This document shows positions 1 through 12,189 of a DNA stretch of 64,000 nucleotides, piece by piece. Source of the DNA: an uncultured Actinomycetes bacterium (lineage in GTDB: Bacteria > Actinomycetota > Actinomycetes > S36-B12 > UBA10799); NCBI GenBank assembly GCA_964547485.1, contig CAZJNU010000006.1, positions 1,863 through 65,862 on the forward strand, in the 5' to 3' direction. The notes beneath the pieces are model-generated. The model saw nothing but the letters and a program-made list of their open reading frames with translations, was not told the origin of the DNA and ran no database searches. Numbering within the stretch: the stretch's first letter is position 1; each line of letters begins with the position of its first letter. Made by a program: the position numbers and the translations under genes.

Positions 1-1
1 A

Positions 2-541
2 GACAAGACCGCGAGTTTGCAGCAGAAGGCAGCATCGTTGAAGAAGCAGTCGGAAGAGCTAGATGCGAAGCGCAACGAGCTTCAGACGCTGTCAGAGAAA
101 CTCCCCGACGATGCTGGTGTAGCTCAGATCCTCAATCAGATTTCGTCGGCGTCTGCTCGCGCCGGTGTGACGGTTAACTCCTTTACTCCAGGGGCTCCGA
201 CGCCGCTCGTGGCGCCCGTGCCGGCGGCGGCCGCAACAGCGGATGCAAGTGGTTCGGAAGGAGGCACCCCTTCGGCCGCACCCTCGGCCGCCCCGGTGAG
301 CAAACTCAGTTATGTTCCCGTGACGATCGCAGTCGAAGGGACGCCGACCCAGGTGTCGGCCTTCGTCACCAACCTGGAGAACATCACGCGGGCGATGCTG
401 ATCACTAATCTCGATCTGACTTCGAGCGCGGGCGAGCAGGGCAGCACTCTCACCGCGAACATCCAGGGTCGGATCTTCATGCGGCCGACGGGTACCGGCA
501 AGACCACTGCTTCTGCGAGCCCTTCGCCCGCAGCCTCCTAG
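2..541 (+). CDS. pilO: PilO-like type IV pilus assembly protein (5' partial)
   Basis: The frame is open to the window edge. N-terminal coiled coil (LKKQSEELDAKRNELQTLSEKLP), then GVTVNSFTPG and a C-terminal VPVTIAVEGTPTQVSAFVTNLENITRAMLITNLDL pattern typical of PilO-family proteins. Confidence 0.55.
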   Translation, partial: DKTASLQQKAASLKKQSEELDAKRNELQTLSEKLPDDAGVAQILNQISSASARAGVTVNSFTPGAPTPLVAPVPAAAATADASGSEGGTPSAAPSAAPVSKLSYVPVTIAVEGTPTQVSAFVTNLENITRAMLITNLDLTSSAGEQGSTLTANIQGRIFMRPTGTGKTTASASPSPAAS

Positions 542-611
542 ACCCGCACCGGTTCCCGCCATGTCGCCGGACTCGCCGCGCGCGCCTGGGCAGGCATGAA
601 AGCATGGGCCC

Positions 612-1786
612 ATGCTGCGATGGTTGACCGCCGGTGAGTCACATGGTCCTGCCCTGGTGGCGATCCTCGAGGGCCTACCCGCCGAGGTATCCATAACCTC
701 CTCCGAGGTCGGCGCCCAACTGGCCCGACGGCGGCTCGGCTTCGGTCGCGGCGCGCGGATGAAGTTCGAGCAGGACGAAGTCACCTTCCTCGGTGGCGTT
801 CGCCACGGTCTTACCCAGGGTGGTCCGGTGGCGGTGCAGGTCGGCAACTCCGAGTGGCCCAAGTGGTCGGAGGTGATGAGCCCCGACCCGGTGGATGCCG
901 AGGTGCTGGCCGGACTTGCGAGATCGGCGCCTCTTACCCGCCCTCGGCCCGGTCACGCGGACCTGGTCGGGATGCAGAAGTACGGCTTCTCCGACGCCCG
1001 ACCGGTACTCGAACGCGCCAGCGCAAGGGAGACAGCCGCCCGAGTCGCGCTGGGAGCCGTCGCGCGGGCCTTCCTCGAGCAGGTGGGTCAGATCGCTGTG
1101 GGGAGCCACATCGTGGAGATCGGCAGCATCGCCACCGGCAATCCGCGGGTACCTGACCCGTGGGAGTCCGACGCGATCGACGCCGATCCCGTTCGGTGTC
1201 TCGACCCCACCACGAGCGCCGCAATGGTCGCCGAGATCGAGCTGGCCAAGTCCGAAGGGGACACGCTCGGGGGAGTCGCGGAGGTGCTCGTCTACAACCT
1301 GCCACCGGGCCTTGGTTCGCACGTTCACTGGGACCGGCGGCTGGACGCTCGGCTGGCTGCCGCACTGATGGGGATCCAGGCAATCAAGGGGGTGGAGGTC
1401 GGCGACGGTTTCACGCTTGCACGCACCCGTGGCTCGCTGGCGCAGGACGAGATCGTCAGCTCGGAGGGACGGATCCGGCGTGTTTCCGACCACTCCGGTG
1501 GCACCGAGGGCGGTATGTCGACCGGCGAGGTGCTGCGGGTGCGGGCGGCGATGAAGCCGATCTCGACCATCCCGCGGGCGCTGCGCACGATCGACACCGC
1601 CACCGGCGAACCCGCCACCGCACACAATCAGAGGTCCGACGCGTGTGCGGTACCGGCCGCCGGCGTGATCGCTGAGGCGATGGTGGCGCTGGTGATCGCT
1701 GACGCGATGTTGGAGAAGTTCGGCGGCGATTCGGTGCCGGAGACCCGCCGCAACCTGGCTTCCTATCTCGACGAATTGGATCTGAG

Positions 1787-1790
<4 letters not shown>
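612..1790 (+). CDS. aroC: chorismate synthase
   Basis: [24 protein letters not shown]-terminus and full-length similarity to AroC (392 aa). It sits in an aro operon. Confidence 0.97.
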
Positions 1791-4178
<2,388 letters not shown>

Positions 4179-4182
<4 letters not shown>

Positions 4183-5312
4183 GCGTCGACCGCGACGGCT
4201 GGCCCTCCGACACCCGTGAGCGGCTGCACGTACTCAAGAACCGCTGGCAGGCCGTCACGGATCAGTTGGCCGCGGCCGACCTTCACGGTCTGCTGCTAAC
4301 CGACCACAGCGATGTCCGTTGGCTCACAGGCTTCGCCGGCAGCAACGGTGCCGCCCTCGCGATCGCCGGCTCCGCCCCGCAACTCGCCACCGACGGCCGC
4401 TACGCAGAACAGGCGGCAGTGGAATGTCCCGGGGTCGGGCTGCTCATCACCCGGCAACTCGTCGAGCAACTGCTGATGCGCCTCCGCGAGCATTCGGTCT
4501 CCAATCTCGGCGTCGACCCAGTGTCGATGACCCTGGCCGAGTTTCGAATGCTCGGTGCGCACCCGTCGATGTTCGGGGTCCGGGTCACCGAGGTCGACTC
4601 GCCGTTGGCCGATCTGCGCCGGATCAAGGACAGCAGTGAGATCGCCAGTCTGCGGGAGGCCTGCCGCATTTCCACGGAGTCGCTGCGGGTGGTTCTGCAG
4701 GAGGTCCGGGTGGGGATGACTGAGCTCGAAGTGGCTCGGATGCTGGAGTTGACGATGGGTGAACTCGGCGCATCCGACCGGGCCTTCACCACCATCGTCG
4801 CCGCCGGGCCGAACGGCGGCGAACCCCACCACGCCCCTACTCCACGCCCGATCGAGGCGGGAGATTTCGTGACCATCGACTTCGGTGCGCTGGTGGATGG
4901 CTACCACGCGGATTGCACCCGGACCGTGATCGTCGGCGGTGACCCAGCGGACTGGCAGTCGGAGATCTACCAGGCCGTGCGTGAGGCAGCCGAGGCCGGC
5001 CGGGCGGCCGCCGTCCCCGGTGCCGAGACCAAGGCCGTCGACGCCGCCGCTCGCACGGTGATTTCCGCCGCTGGGTTTGGCGAGTTCTTCGTCCACGGTC
5101 TCGGCCACGGCGTCGGCCTGGACATCCACGAGTCGCCGATGTTGGGCGCCGCGACGACGGGTACGCTGTCTGCTGCTGTCCCCATTACCGTCGAGCCGGG
5201 GATCTACCTGCCAGGTAAGGGTGGGGTCCGGATCGAGGACACCTGCCTGGTCGGCGACGGGGGACCGGAGATCATGACGGATTTCCCGCGCGACCTGCTG
5301 CGTGTGGACTAA
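4179..5312 (+). CDS. pepQ: M24-family Xaa-Pro aminopeptidase
   Basis: Metal-binding pattern DFG...[10 protein letters not shown]...[13 protein letters not shown]...EPG...IED. Its position between aroQ and efp matches mycobacteria. Confidence 0.85.
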
Positions 5313-5326
5313 CGAAAGAGGCGCGG

Positions 5327-5884
5327 ATGGCGACCACGAACGATCTGAAGAACGGCTTGGTCCTCAAGATCGACGGCAATCTGTGGGCCGTGGTCGACTT
5401 CCAGCACGTGAAGCCGGGTAAGGGCGGGGCGTTCGTCCGGACCAAGCTCAAGAACGTCCTCACCGGCAAGGTCGTCGACCGCACCTTCAACGCCGGGGTG
5501 AAGGTGGAGACCGCCAGCGTCGACAAGCGCACGATGACGTACCTCTACAAGGACGGCTCGGACTGGGTGTTCATGGACGTCCAGACCTACGACCAACTCC
5601 CCGTGTCGGAGGCTGTCGTAGGGGAGGCGTCGAACTACTTGCTGGAGAACCAGGAAGCGATCGTCGCGGTACACGAGAGCCTGCCGATCTACATCGAGTT
5701 GCCGGCCAACGTCGAACTGACCGTCGAGTACACCGAACCCGGGCTGCAGGGCGACCGCTCTTCCGGTGGCACCAAACCGGCCAGGCTCGAGACCGGCGCG
5801 GAGATCCAGGTGCCGCTCTTCCTTGAGAACGGCGAGCGGATTCGGGTGGACACGCGCGACGGGTCGTACCTGGGCCGCGCCTAG
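5327..5884 (+). CDS. efp: elongation factor P
   Basis: [43 protein letters not shown], 185 aa. Confidence 0.97.
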   Translation: MATTNDLKNGLVLKIDGNLWAVVDFQHVKPGKGGAFVRTKLKNVLTGKVVDRTFNAGVKVETASVDKRTMTYLYKDGSDWVFMDVQTYDQLPVSEAVVGEASNYLLENQEAIVAVHESLPIYIELPANVELTVEYTEPGLQGDRSSGGTKPARLETGAEIQVPLFLENGERIRVDTRDGSYLGRA

Positions 5885-6294
5885 TGGCGGCCCGCAGCAA
5901 GGCTCGCAAGCGCGCTCTGGACGTCCTGTACGAGGCCGACATTCGGGGCGTCGATCCGGTTGAGGTGCTTACCGTCCACGAGGCTGAGGCAAGCTCGCCG
6001 ATGAATCCCTATGTGCGCGAAGTCGTCACCGGAGTGGCCGACCACCGCGGCCGGATCGACGACCTGATCTCCACCTACGCCGAGGGCTGGAACCTCGACC
6101 GGATGCCCGTGGTCGACCGCAACATCCTGCGGATGGGTTGCTGGGAGGTCATGTGGGGGGAGGTGCCCGACCCGGTGGCGCTCTCAGAAGCAGTCGCGCT
6201 GGCCACTTCGCTGTCCACCGACGACTCGCCCGGATACGTGAACGGGGTGCTCGGGCGACTCGCCAAGGTGAAACCCCGCCTCACCCTCGACTGA
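5884..6294 (+). CDS. nusB: transcription antitermination factor NusB
   Basis: ARSKARKRALDVLYEADIRG N-terminus, 136 aa. The GTG start overlaps the efp stop by 1 nt. Confidence 0.94.
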   Translation: MAARSKARKRALDVLYEADIRGVDPVEVLTVHEAEASSPMNPYVREVVTGVADHRGRIDDLISTYAEGWNLDRMPVVDRNILRMGCWEVMWGEVPDPVALSEAVALATSLSTDDSPGYVNGVLGRLAKVKPRLTLD

Positions 6295-6527
6295 CACCCA
6301 CTGCCGCCCGCGGGCGCCCCGGACGGTTCGCGTCCACCTGGCCGGACGGTTCGCCGTCGTCGATTGGCGGACGCCGCCGCGTTCAATCGGCGCCCGCCTA
6401 TCACGAACGAGGGATGTGAGCGGGGTCGATTTGTCGTATCGTCTGATGTGTGTGCGGCGGGTCTTCTTGTCGCGCCGTGAATCGGCGACCGTGATCTGGC
6501 TTCAGCGGAGCCTCGGAGGAGGTCGAT

Positions 6528-8366
6528 ATGCTGGGCCACAGGCTCCGCAGGGGACCTCCGCCGGGCAATCACGCTCGGGATGAAGGCACCTCGCTGGTGG
6601 AGGCAATCATCGCGATGTTCGTGATCGCGACCGTCTTCGGGGGCCTGGCCGGGCTCCTGATCCAGTCCTTGAGTTCGCTGCGCGGCAGCAAAGACTTCGA
6701 AACCGCCACCCAACTCGTGAACCTGAAACTCGAGGAGGCCCGAGCGCTGCCCAGCGACACTCTGGACGCCGGAGCGCTGGACACCGAAGTTTCGAGCAAC
6801 GTCTCCGGAGGTCAGGAGACCCGACTCGTGGGGGTGCCCCCGGGCCCTTACACCTTCAATGGCGAGACGCTTCGGACCAACACCTCGCCATCGGCGGTCG
6901 ACACGCCGCTGAGTCCCTATCGGACCACCGAGTCCATCAACAATGTGACGTTCACGCTGTCGACTTACGCAACCGAGTGCCACCAGGCAGTCGCCTCGCC
7001 CGGCACCTGCGGACCGACCGCCTCTGCGACGACCAAGGAGATGACGAGGGTCACCGTCATTGTCAACTGGGTGCAGGGCGCCAACGCGACGCCGCGGAGT
7101 ATCACCGGCCAGACTCTCCAGTACTCGCCGACAAGTTGTCTCTCGTCAGCGACCCATCCTTTCAGCGCACCCTGCCAGGCCTTCTTTTATGGCAACGCCC
7201 GCAGTGGTGGTTCGTCATTTGCCGTAACCGGCGGACTGCCGGATTCCACCATCCTGTCCGGATCCGGGGTGGAGCAGTTCAACCTGGATCTGCCGAAGGC
7301 GAGCGCGTCGATCCAATCCGAGCAGACTGCGTCAGTCGTCACGCAGGCGTCGGCCCCGGCAATCTCGCGTAAGAACACCGGGGGGGCACTTGCCGTCGTC
7401 GCCGGCGGGCAGGTTGCCTCCGCGCAGGCAGTAAATGATCCCGGCGGCGGAGGGCCCAGCCAGTCGAACACCTTCACCGCCGCCGCTCAGACCCAGAACG
7501 TCACCGGCAGCGGGGTCACCCTGCGAGCGACGAGCTCGGCGACGACCGGCGTGGCGACCGCCAGAACTGCCGCCAGCGCAAGTCCTTCGTGCACAACCAC
7601 AACATCCGTCACCACCGTCGTGAACGGCCTGCCATGCGGGTCGGCCAGCGCCACTCCGTCGGCGGCGTCCACGCTCACCACCTTGGGAACGGTCAGCGGA
7701 GTGAACATCGCCGCGACACTCGGCTCGGTCGCCGCGCCCGGGTCGCTCACCCCGCCCCCGATCCGAGCCCATTCCGGTGCCTACACCTCCTCCGGCACCA
7801 CGGTGTGCGCAGCCGCCACAACGACCGGTTGCATGGTCGGTGACTCCGCCTCCAACACTGGCGCCGTCACCCTCGGTCAGCTTCCGCCAACCATGACGCG
7901 ACCGGGTGGGTTCACGAACGCCGTCAACATATCTGCAGAAGCCCTCAGTTCGGCCGCCGAACGGGGTCCCGGATCTCCCGTTCCCGGCACGCCCGCCGCC
8001 ACCCCGACCGCGACCGCGATGACCGTCTGGAACGGCGCGGGCTACACGGTGCTGAGCACGGCGAACCTCGTCACTGGGGCCTCACTGACGATTCCTGCGA
8101 CCAACGCGACCTCCGGCGGCGTCGTGTTCCGCATCGTCACCGGCACGGTCACGGTGGGCCCTCGCGTTGGCACCGCAGACCCGTCGGGGGGGTCGCCTGT
8201 CTGCACAAGTGGTTGTGACGCGTCATCCTCCACTACCGGCATCGCGGTCTCGATCACCTACGAGATCACTTCGGGCGGTCAGGTTGCCCAGTTCACTGTG
8301 GACTCCGTTTTCAGTGCCAGTGCGTCGTCGGCAACGTACGTGACCGCGCCCACGCCGGGGAGTTGA
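6528..8366 (+). CDS. large prepilin-signal protein (type IV pilus minor pilin / pseudopilin-like), Thr/Ser/Ala/Gly-rich
   Basis: Class III signal RDEG|TSLVEAIIAMFVIATVFGGL with Glu at +5. GGAGGA RBS sits 6 nt upstream of the ATG. The remainder is low-complexity T/S/A/G-rich (612 aa). Confidence 0.7.
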   Translation: MLGHRLRRGPPPGNHARDEGTSLVEAIIAMFVIATVFGGLAGLLIQSLSSLRGSKDFETATQLVNLKLEEARALPSDTLDAGALDTEVSSNVSGGQETRLVGVPPGPYTFNGETLRTNTSPSAVDTPLSPYRTTESINNVTFTLSTYATECHQAVASPGTCGPTASATTKEMTRVTVIVNWVQGANATPRSITGQTLQYSPTSCLSSATHPFSAPCQAFFYGNARSGGSSFAVTGGLPDSTILSGSGVEQFNLDLPKASASIQSEQTASVVTQASAPAISRKNTGGALAVVAGGQVASAQAVNDPGGGGPSQSNTFTAAAQTQNVTGSGVTLRATSSATTGVATARTAASASPSCTTTTSVTTVVNGLPCGSASATPSAASTLTTLGTVSGVNIAATLGSVAAPGSLTPPPIRAHSGAYTSSGTTVCAAATTTGCMVGDSASNTGAVTLGQLPPTMTRPGGFTNAVNISAEALSSAAERGPGSPVPGTPAATPTATAMTVWNGAGYTVLSTANLVTGASLTIPATNATSGGVVFRIVTGTVTVGPRVGTADPSGGSPVCTSGCDASSSTTGIAVSITYEITSGGQVAQFTVDSVFSASASSATYVTAPTPGS

Positions 8367-8367
8367 C

Positions 8368-8970
8368 GTGGACGCGCGCCGGAGCTCCGCTGACGACGGC
8401 ACCAGCCTCATCGAGTTGATGACCGTCATCGTCATCGCCAGCATCGTCGGGGCGATGTCCGTCTGGGCCCTTTCCAGCGTCCTGCGGGTGCAGCGGACCA
8501 TTGATTCCCGAGCCAATGCCCAGCAGCAAATGCAGATAGCGGCCGATCAAATCGGCGCTCAAGTTCGAAATGCGAACATCCTGTACCCACCCACGGCGAT
8601 CGTGGACGGCTGGGAGCTCGTGGTCTACACCCCGATCGGAAACGTCCAGAAGTGCGTTCAGTGGGAGTACCTCAACACTGGTGAGTTGCGTACCCGGTCA
8701 TGGCTGCCCAACTGGCGCAATACCGACGACAGCGTCTCGAGTTGGCGCACGTCTGCCACGGGCCTGAGCAATCAAGACATCCCCCCTTCCCCAGGAGTGG
8801 CGCCATTCGAACTCGCGCCGTTCGATCCCTACGGTGATCGACTGCTCTACATCGACCTGCGCGCCGACGGCGGGGACGACTCCGCCTTGCAGGTGCGGAC
8901 TGCGGCTGATGGGCGCAACGCCGACTTCAACTTCCCTGACACAATCTGTAACGATCGACCGCCGGAATGA
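8368..8970 (+). CDS. prepilin-signal protein (minor pilin / pseudopilin-like)
   Basis: DDG|TSLIELMTVIVIASIVGAM with Glu at +5. The GTG start lies 1 nt after the upstream stop. Confidence 0.72.
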   Translation: MDARRSSADDGTSLIELMTVIVIASIVGAMSVWALSSVLRVQRTIDSRANAQQQMQIAADQIGAQVRNANILYPPTAIVDGWELVVYTPIGNVQKCVQWEYLNTGELRTRSWLPNWRNTDDSVSSWRTSATGLSNQDIPPSPGVAPFELAPFDPYGDRLLYIDLRADGGDDSALQVRTAADGRNADFNFPDTICNDRPPE

Positions 8971-8980
8971 GGTGTCTCTG

Positions 8981-10498
8981 ATGTGGTTGGCGACCATTCA
9001 ACGCTTCCGGGAGTCACATAGCTCGGACGCCGGATTCATGCTGCCGATGGCGCTCTTTGTCACCTTGATCGCGGTGGCGGCCAGCACGCTGGTAGTGGGA
9101 ATGGTGCTGTTCTCCATCGGCCAGACGCAGATCGGTGAGGCACGGGTGCAGGACAATGTGACCGCCGAGGCGGGGCTGGATGCCGCCCTCGCGGCGCTGG
9201 AACAATCCTCCGGCACGACCCCACCGTGTGGGTTCTCCGGGACGTCCAGCGCGACGAACGGGGCCACCTTCAACGTGACCATCGAGTACTTCGCCCAGAC
9301 TCCCGCCCTGGACGGATCGGGCAACCCCATCCCGCTCACGTGCCCGTTGACGGTTAATCCGTACAACGCCATCATCACCTCGACTGGGCAGGCGACCGCG
9401 GCAGGACCGGCCGGATCGACGTCGACGCAGACGATGGAAGCCATGGTTCGGCTGCGGGCGGGAGTGGGCCCGGATCCATGGACGAACGGGTTCGCGGCGG
9501 CGGTGTCGGCTGGACGCGCGGTTACGCTGAACACGAACTGGATTGTCACGGGCGCTGGTGGCAACTTCTATGTGTTGGGCAACTTCCGCTGCAACCGGAA
9601 CCTGGCGGTGCCCGGGAACCTCTACGCTTCGGGCACGCTGAGGTTTAGTGCCAACGCCAGCACCCAGTGCACCGTCCAAGGTGACATGTGGTCAGGGAGC
9701 ACCATGACCAACGCTGACCCCTCAATCGTCACCGGCAATGTCAAAGTCAATGGCACTCTCAACGTCGCCTCCGCAGTGCTGACCGTGGGCGGTGACGCGA
9801 GCTACTTGACCCGAAGTGGTTCGGCGGCGAATCTCGACGTCCCGCCCGGGGGCGACCACGCCGGGGTGGTCGTCGGAGCCCCGCCGCTGCCGACGCAACC
9901 CAAGGTGGCCTACAACGCGGCGGATTGGACTGGGTGGAGCATCATCACTCCGGCGGCAGGCACGTTCCCGTGCTCCACAGCGGGCCCCTCAACACCTGCG
10001 TCGTGGAGTAGTCCCGCCGGGCAGACCGTCTACCGGTCCGTCTGCAACCCGGTGTGGGATGCATCAGGCAGCAACGTCACCTTGACCCTGAATGGCGACG
10101 TCACGATCATCCTCGGCAGTGCCAACAACATCAATGTGGTCGACAACTTGATTGTCTCGTCGGGTGATGCGCTGCCCCACAAACTGCGCATCGTCGTGCC
10201 GTTTGCGACCCTGACTAGCCCTTGCGCCGGTACGCCGAGTAGGACCTTTCGTCTTCAGCGACAGCTCACTGTCAACTCACCTATTTCGGCACTTCTCTAC
10301 ACCTCGGGGAGATTTGACAATGCGGGGACGTCCATTGTGCGGGGCCAAGTTTTCGCGTGCGGAATCAACTCCACCGGTACCGGCAACATGACACTGGACT
10401 ACCAGACCGTCGGTATGCCAAGTTCCGCAAGTTCGGGTGGCGCCGGGACGGGGAATTACGAGGCGGACGTGCTGTATCGCCGCGACGTCGTGGGCTAG
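8981..10498 (+). CDS. PilX-N-like pilus-associated protein with repetitive beta-rich C-terminal region
   Basis: The internal ATG at 8981 follows GGAATGAGGTG. SDAG|FMLPMALFVTLIAVAASTLVVGM is a hydrophobic N-terminus without Glu+5, as in PilX-type proteins. The track ORF start at 8834 overlaps the preceding gene. Confidence 0.6.
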   Translation: MWLATIQRFRESHSSDAGFMLPMALFVTLIAVAASTLVVGMVLFSIGQTQIGEARVQDNVTAEAGLDAALAALEQSSGTTPPCGFSGTSSATNGATFNVTIEYFAQTPALDGSGNPIPLTCPLTVNPYNAIITSTGQATAAGPAGSTSTQTMEAMVRLRAGVGPDPWTNGFAAAVSAGRAVTLNTNWIVTGAGGNFYVLGNFRCNRNLAVPGNLYASGTLRFSANASTQCTVQGDMWSGSTMTNADPSIVTGNVKVNGTLNVASAVLTVGGDASYLTRSGSAANLDVPPGGDHAGVVVGAPPLPTQPKVAYNAADWTGWSIITPAAGTFPCSTAGPSTPASWSSPAGQTVYRSVCNPVWDASGSNVTLTLNGDVTIILGSANNINVVDNLIVSSGDALPHKLRIVVPFATLTSPCAGTPSRTFRLQRQLTVNSPISALLYTSGRFDNAGTSIVRGQVFACGINSTGTGNMTLDYQTVGMPSSASSGGAGTGNYEADVLYRRDVVG

Positions 10499-10693
10499 GT
10501 GCTACTCCCGCGAGGCCGGATTCGTGGCGCCTCGTCCCACTGCGCGGCCACGCGGCCGCCCGAACGCAGGCTGGTCGGTCCGCTGGCGCCGTTGTCGGTC
10601 CGGCCGGCCTCACCCTCGTCCGGCGGAGGGTGCCGCGTTCGGTCCGGCGGGCCACGCAGCGTTCGGTCAGGCGGAGGGTGCCGCGTTCGCAAG

Positions 10694-11671
10694 TCAGGGG
10701 CCCAGGCGACAGCCAGCGCCGCAGGCCTCTGGCGTGCCATGCCAGCCGCGCGCCACCAGGACGGCGGCGATCTCGGCGGCGCACTCACAAGCCCTCTCGT
10801 GGACGTCCTGCCACCCGTATCGCAACGGCACCCTGCCGGTCCGCGCAACAAAGTTGTCGCGGCGATTGTCGCGTAGCCGACCTGTTGGATCCGAGTGTCC
10901 CAGGCGACCATCGAACTCGATCACTATCCCGAAAGGCTCCAGCACGCGATCGCGCAGCACAGTCGCGCCGTCTTGCGACTCCCGCACTTGGCCTCGTCCG
11001 GTGGGCAAGCCATGGGCACGGAGTACCAGACGCACGCCATCCACTTCAAGCGTGCTGGTGGCGCCTCCCCTGATCTCTGCGATCAGACTCGTGAGCAGCG
11101 CGCGGTGGCGACACGAACCGCGGGCGGCAATGGCGCGCTCAAACGAACGCAGTCGGAACCGTCGATGCTGGCCGACGCTCGTGACCGCGTCGATGACGTC
11201 CCGCTCGCCGTCGGTGTCAATGACCATGTCCAAAAGTGCGTGCTCAAGCTCGACTGTGGGTGGGAATCCCCGCGGCGACCGTACCGGCCGCGGGGCCCAG
11301 TAGCGCTGGACGCGTAATTCTTCCGGAGGCTTGCGCAGTCTGCGGGCTCCTGGGATGGCGATCTCCACAGGCAGTTGTGGAGCCCTCAGGCCCCACGCCT
11401 GCAAAGCGGAGGCCCGGGTCAGGCGGGAGGCGTCGCCGGCGTACAGGTGGGCAGCCCACCACCAGGCTGCCATGTCGGGTTCACCGGTCACGGTGTTGTA
11501 GACACCGGGCAACAGCCTCGCCCATCGGCTGGCTGCGATCTGACCGCGGATTCTGCAGTCCGTCCACCCGATGCTGAGCAACTGCTGCCGACTCACCACT
11601 CCGCCCTGCGGCGCTGCCCGGCGTGCGATGTCGGCATGTCTACTGCCGGCTGGGGGAGTTGTCGCTGTCAC
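10694..11671 (-). CDS. AbiEi-N-like / DUF559 endonuclease-like domain protein
   Basis: N-terminal GVVSRQQLLSIGWTDCRIRGQIAASRWARLLPGVY. C-terminal IEFDGRLGHSDPTGRLRDNRRDN...PLRYGWQDV is typical of DUF559 proteins. Confidence 0.78.
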   Translation of the reverse strand: MTATTPPAGSRHADIARRAAPQGGVVSRQQLLSIGWTDCRIRGQIAASRWARLLPGVYNTVTGEPDMAAWWWAAHLYAGDASRLTRASALQAWGLRAPQLPVEIAIPGARRLRKPPEELRVQRYWAPRPVRSPRGFPPTVELEHALLDMVIDTDGERDVIDAVTSVGQHRRFRLRSFERAIAARGSCRHRALLTSLIAEIRGGATSTLEVDGVRLVLRAHGLPTGRGQVRESQDGATVLRDRVLEPFGIVIEFDGRLGHSDPTGRLRDNRRDNFVARTGRVPLRYGWQDVHERACECAAEIAAVLVARGWHGTPEACGAGCRLGP

Positions 11672-11720
11672 TGCTCAACCCTGGTGTGCGCGTTGGCCAG
11701 GTCCAAGGCCTGAGCCGCCG

Positions 11721-11812
11721 CCTGTGCGTAACCCGGCGCCTGCGGCGCCCCGCCACCTGCGGTGCCCAACAACCTGTGCGTAACCCGGCGCCCCACCACC
11801 TGCGGTGCCCAA
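11721..11812. repeat. two imperfect tandem direct repeats (about 50 and 40 bp)
   Basis: CCTGTGCGTAACCCGGCGCC...CACCTGCGGTGCCCAAC occurs at 11721-11770 and 11773-11812. The first copy carries a 9-10 nt insertion. Confidence 0.85.
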
Positions 11813-11872
11813 CCAGAGCGCACAGTTGGGACTCAGCGATGCGCTGAAGGCCGCGCATCGAAATGCAGAATG

Positions 11873-11946
11873 TGCCCCCGGTGGGATTCGAACCCACACT
11901 GGCGGGATTTTGAGACCCGTGACTCTGCCGGTTGGTCTACAGGGGC
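11873..11946 (-). tRNA. tRNA, 74 nt with no encoded CCA; anticodon loop CUCAAAA (anticodon CAA as read); isotype uncertain
   Basis: Minus-strand cloverleaf: acceptor GCCCCUG/CGGGGGC (one G-U pair), D loop with GG, anticodon stem CGGGU/UCCCG (U-U at the loop-closing pair), 5-nt variable region, canonical T arm GUGGG-UUCGAAU-CCCAC. The plus-strand reading gives a C-A mismatch and a non-canonical T loop. Confidence 0.8.
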
Positions 11947-12105
11947 GCTAGACGGTCTAGTGTACCGGCGGGGCTTCACCGGTGAGGGACCCCTGCCGGT
12001 TGGCAACGGACGGTGCCCCCGGTGTCTATCGCAGTCGCATGAAGTGTGCGCTCGTTTCGCGTCCAGCTGGCATCGTGAATCGCCATCCTTGAGGGCTACC
12101 CGCCG

Positions 12106-12153
12106 GTAACCGGAACCGGGCGTACCCCCTGGCGTACACCCGGTTCCGGTTAC
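12106..12153. repeat. 20-bp inverted repeat (strong hairpin), 8-nt loop
   Basis: GTAACCGGAACCGGGCGTAC (12106-12125) pairs with GTACACCCGGTTCCGGTTAC (12134-12153) with one mismatch. Confidence 0.85.
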
Positions 12154-12189
12154 TGCTGAGTAACCACTGCATGGCACGCGTAAGCGCCG

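Noticed and set aside
10622-10689. 20-bp direct repeat GGCGGAGGGTGCCGCGTTCG (two copies 48 bp apart) between the last pseudopilin gene and the DUF559 gene
   Set aside because: It is short and GC-rich, sits in a convergent 3' region, and has no associated structure or gene. It was noted but judged not informative without genome-wide copy data.
10437-11303. 288-aa plus-strand ORF opposite the DUF559 gene
   Set aside because: It is antisense to a gene with clear family motifs, and its product is Arg/Pro/Ser-rich and low complexity.
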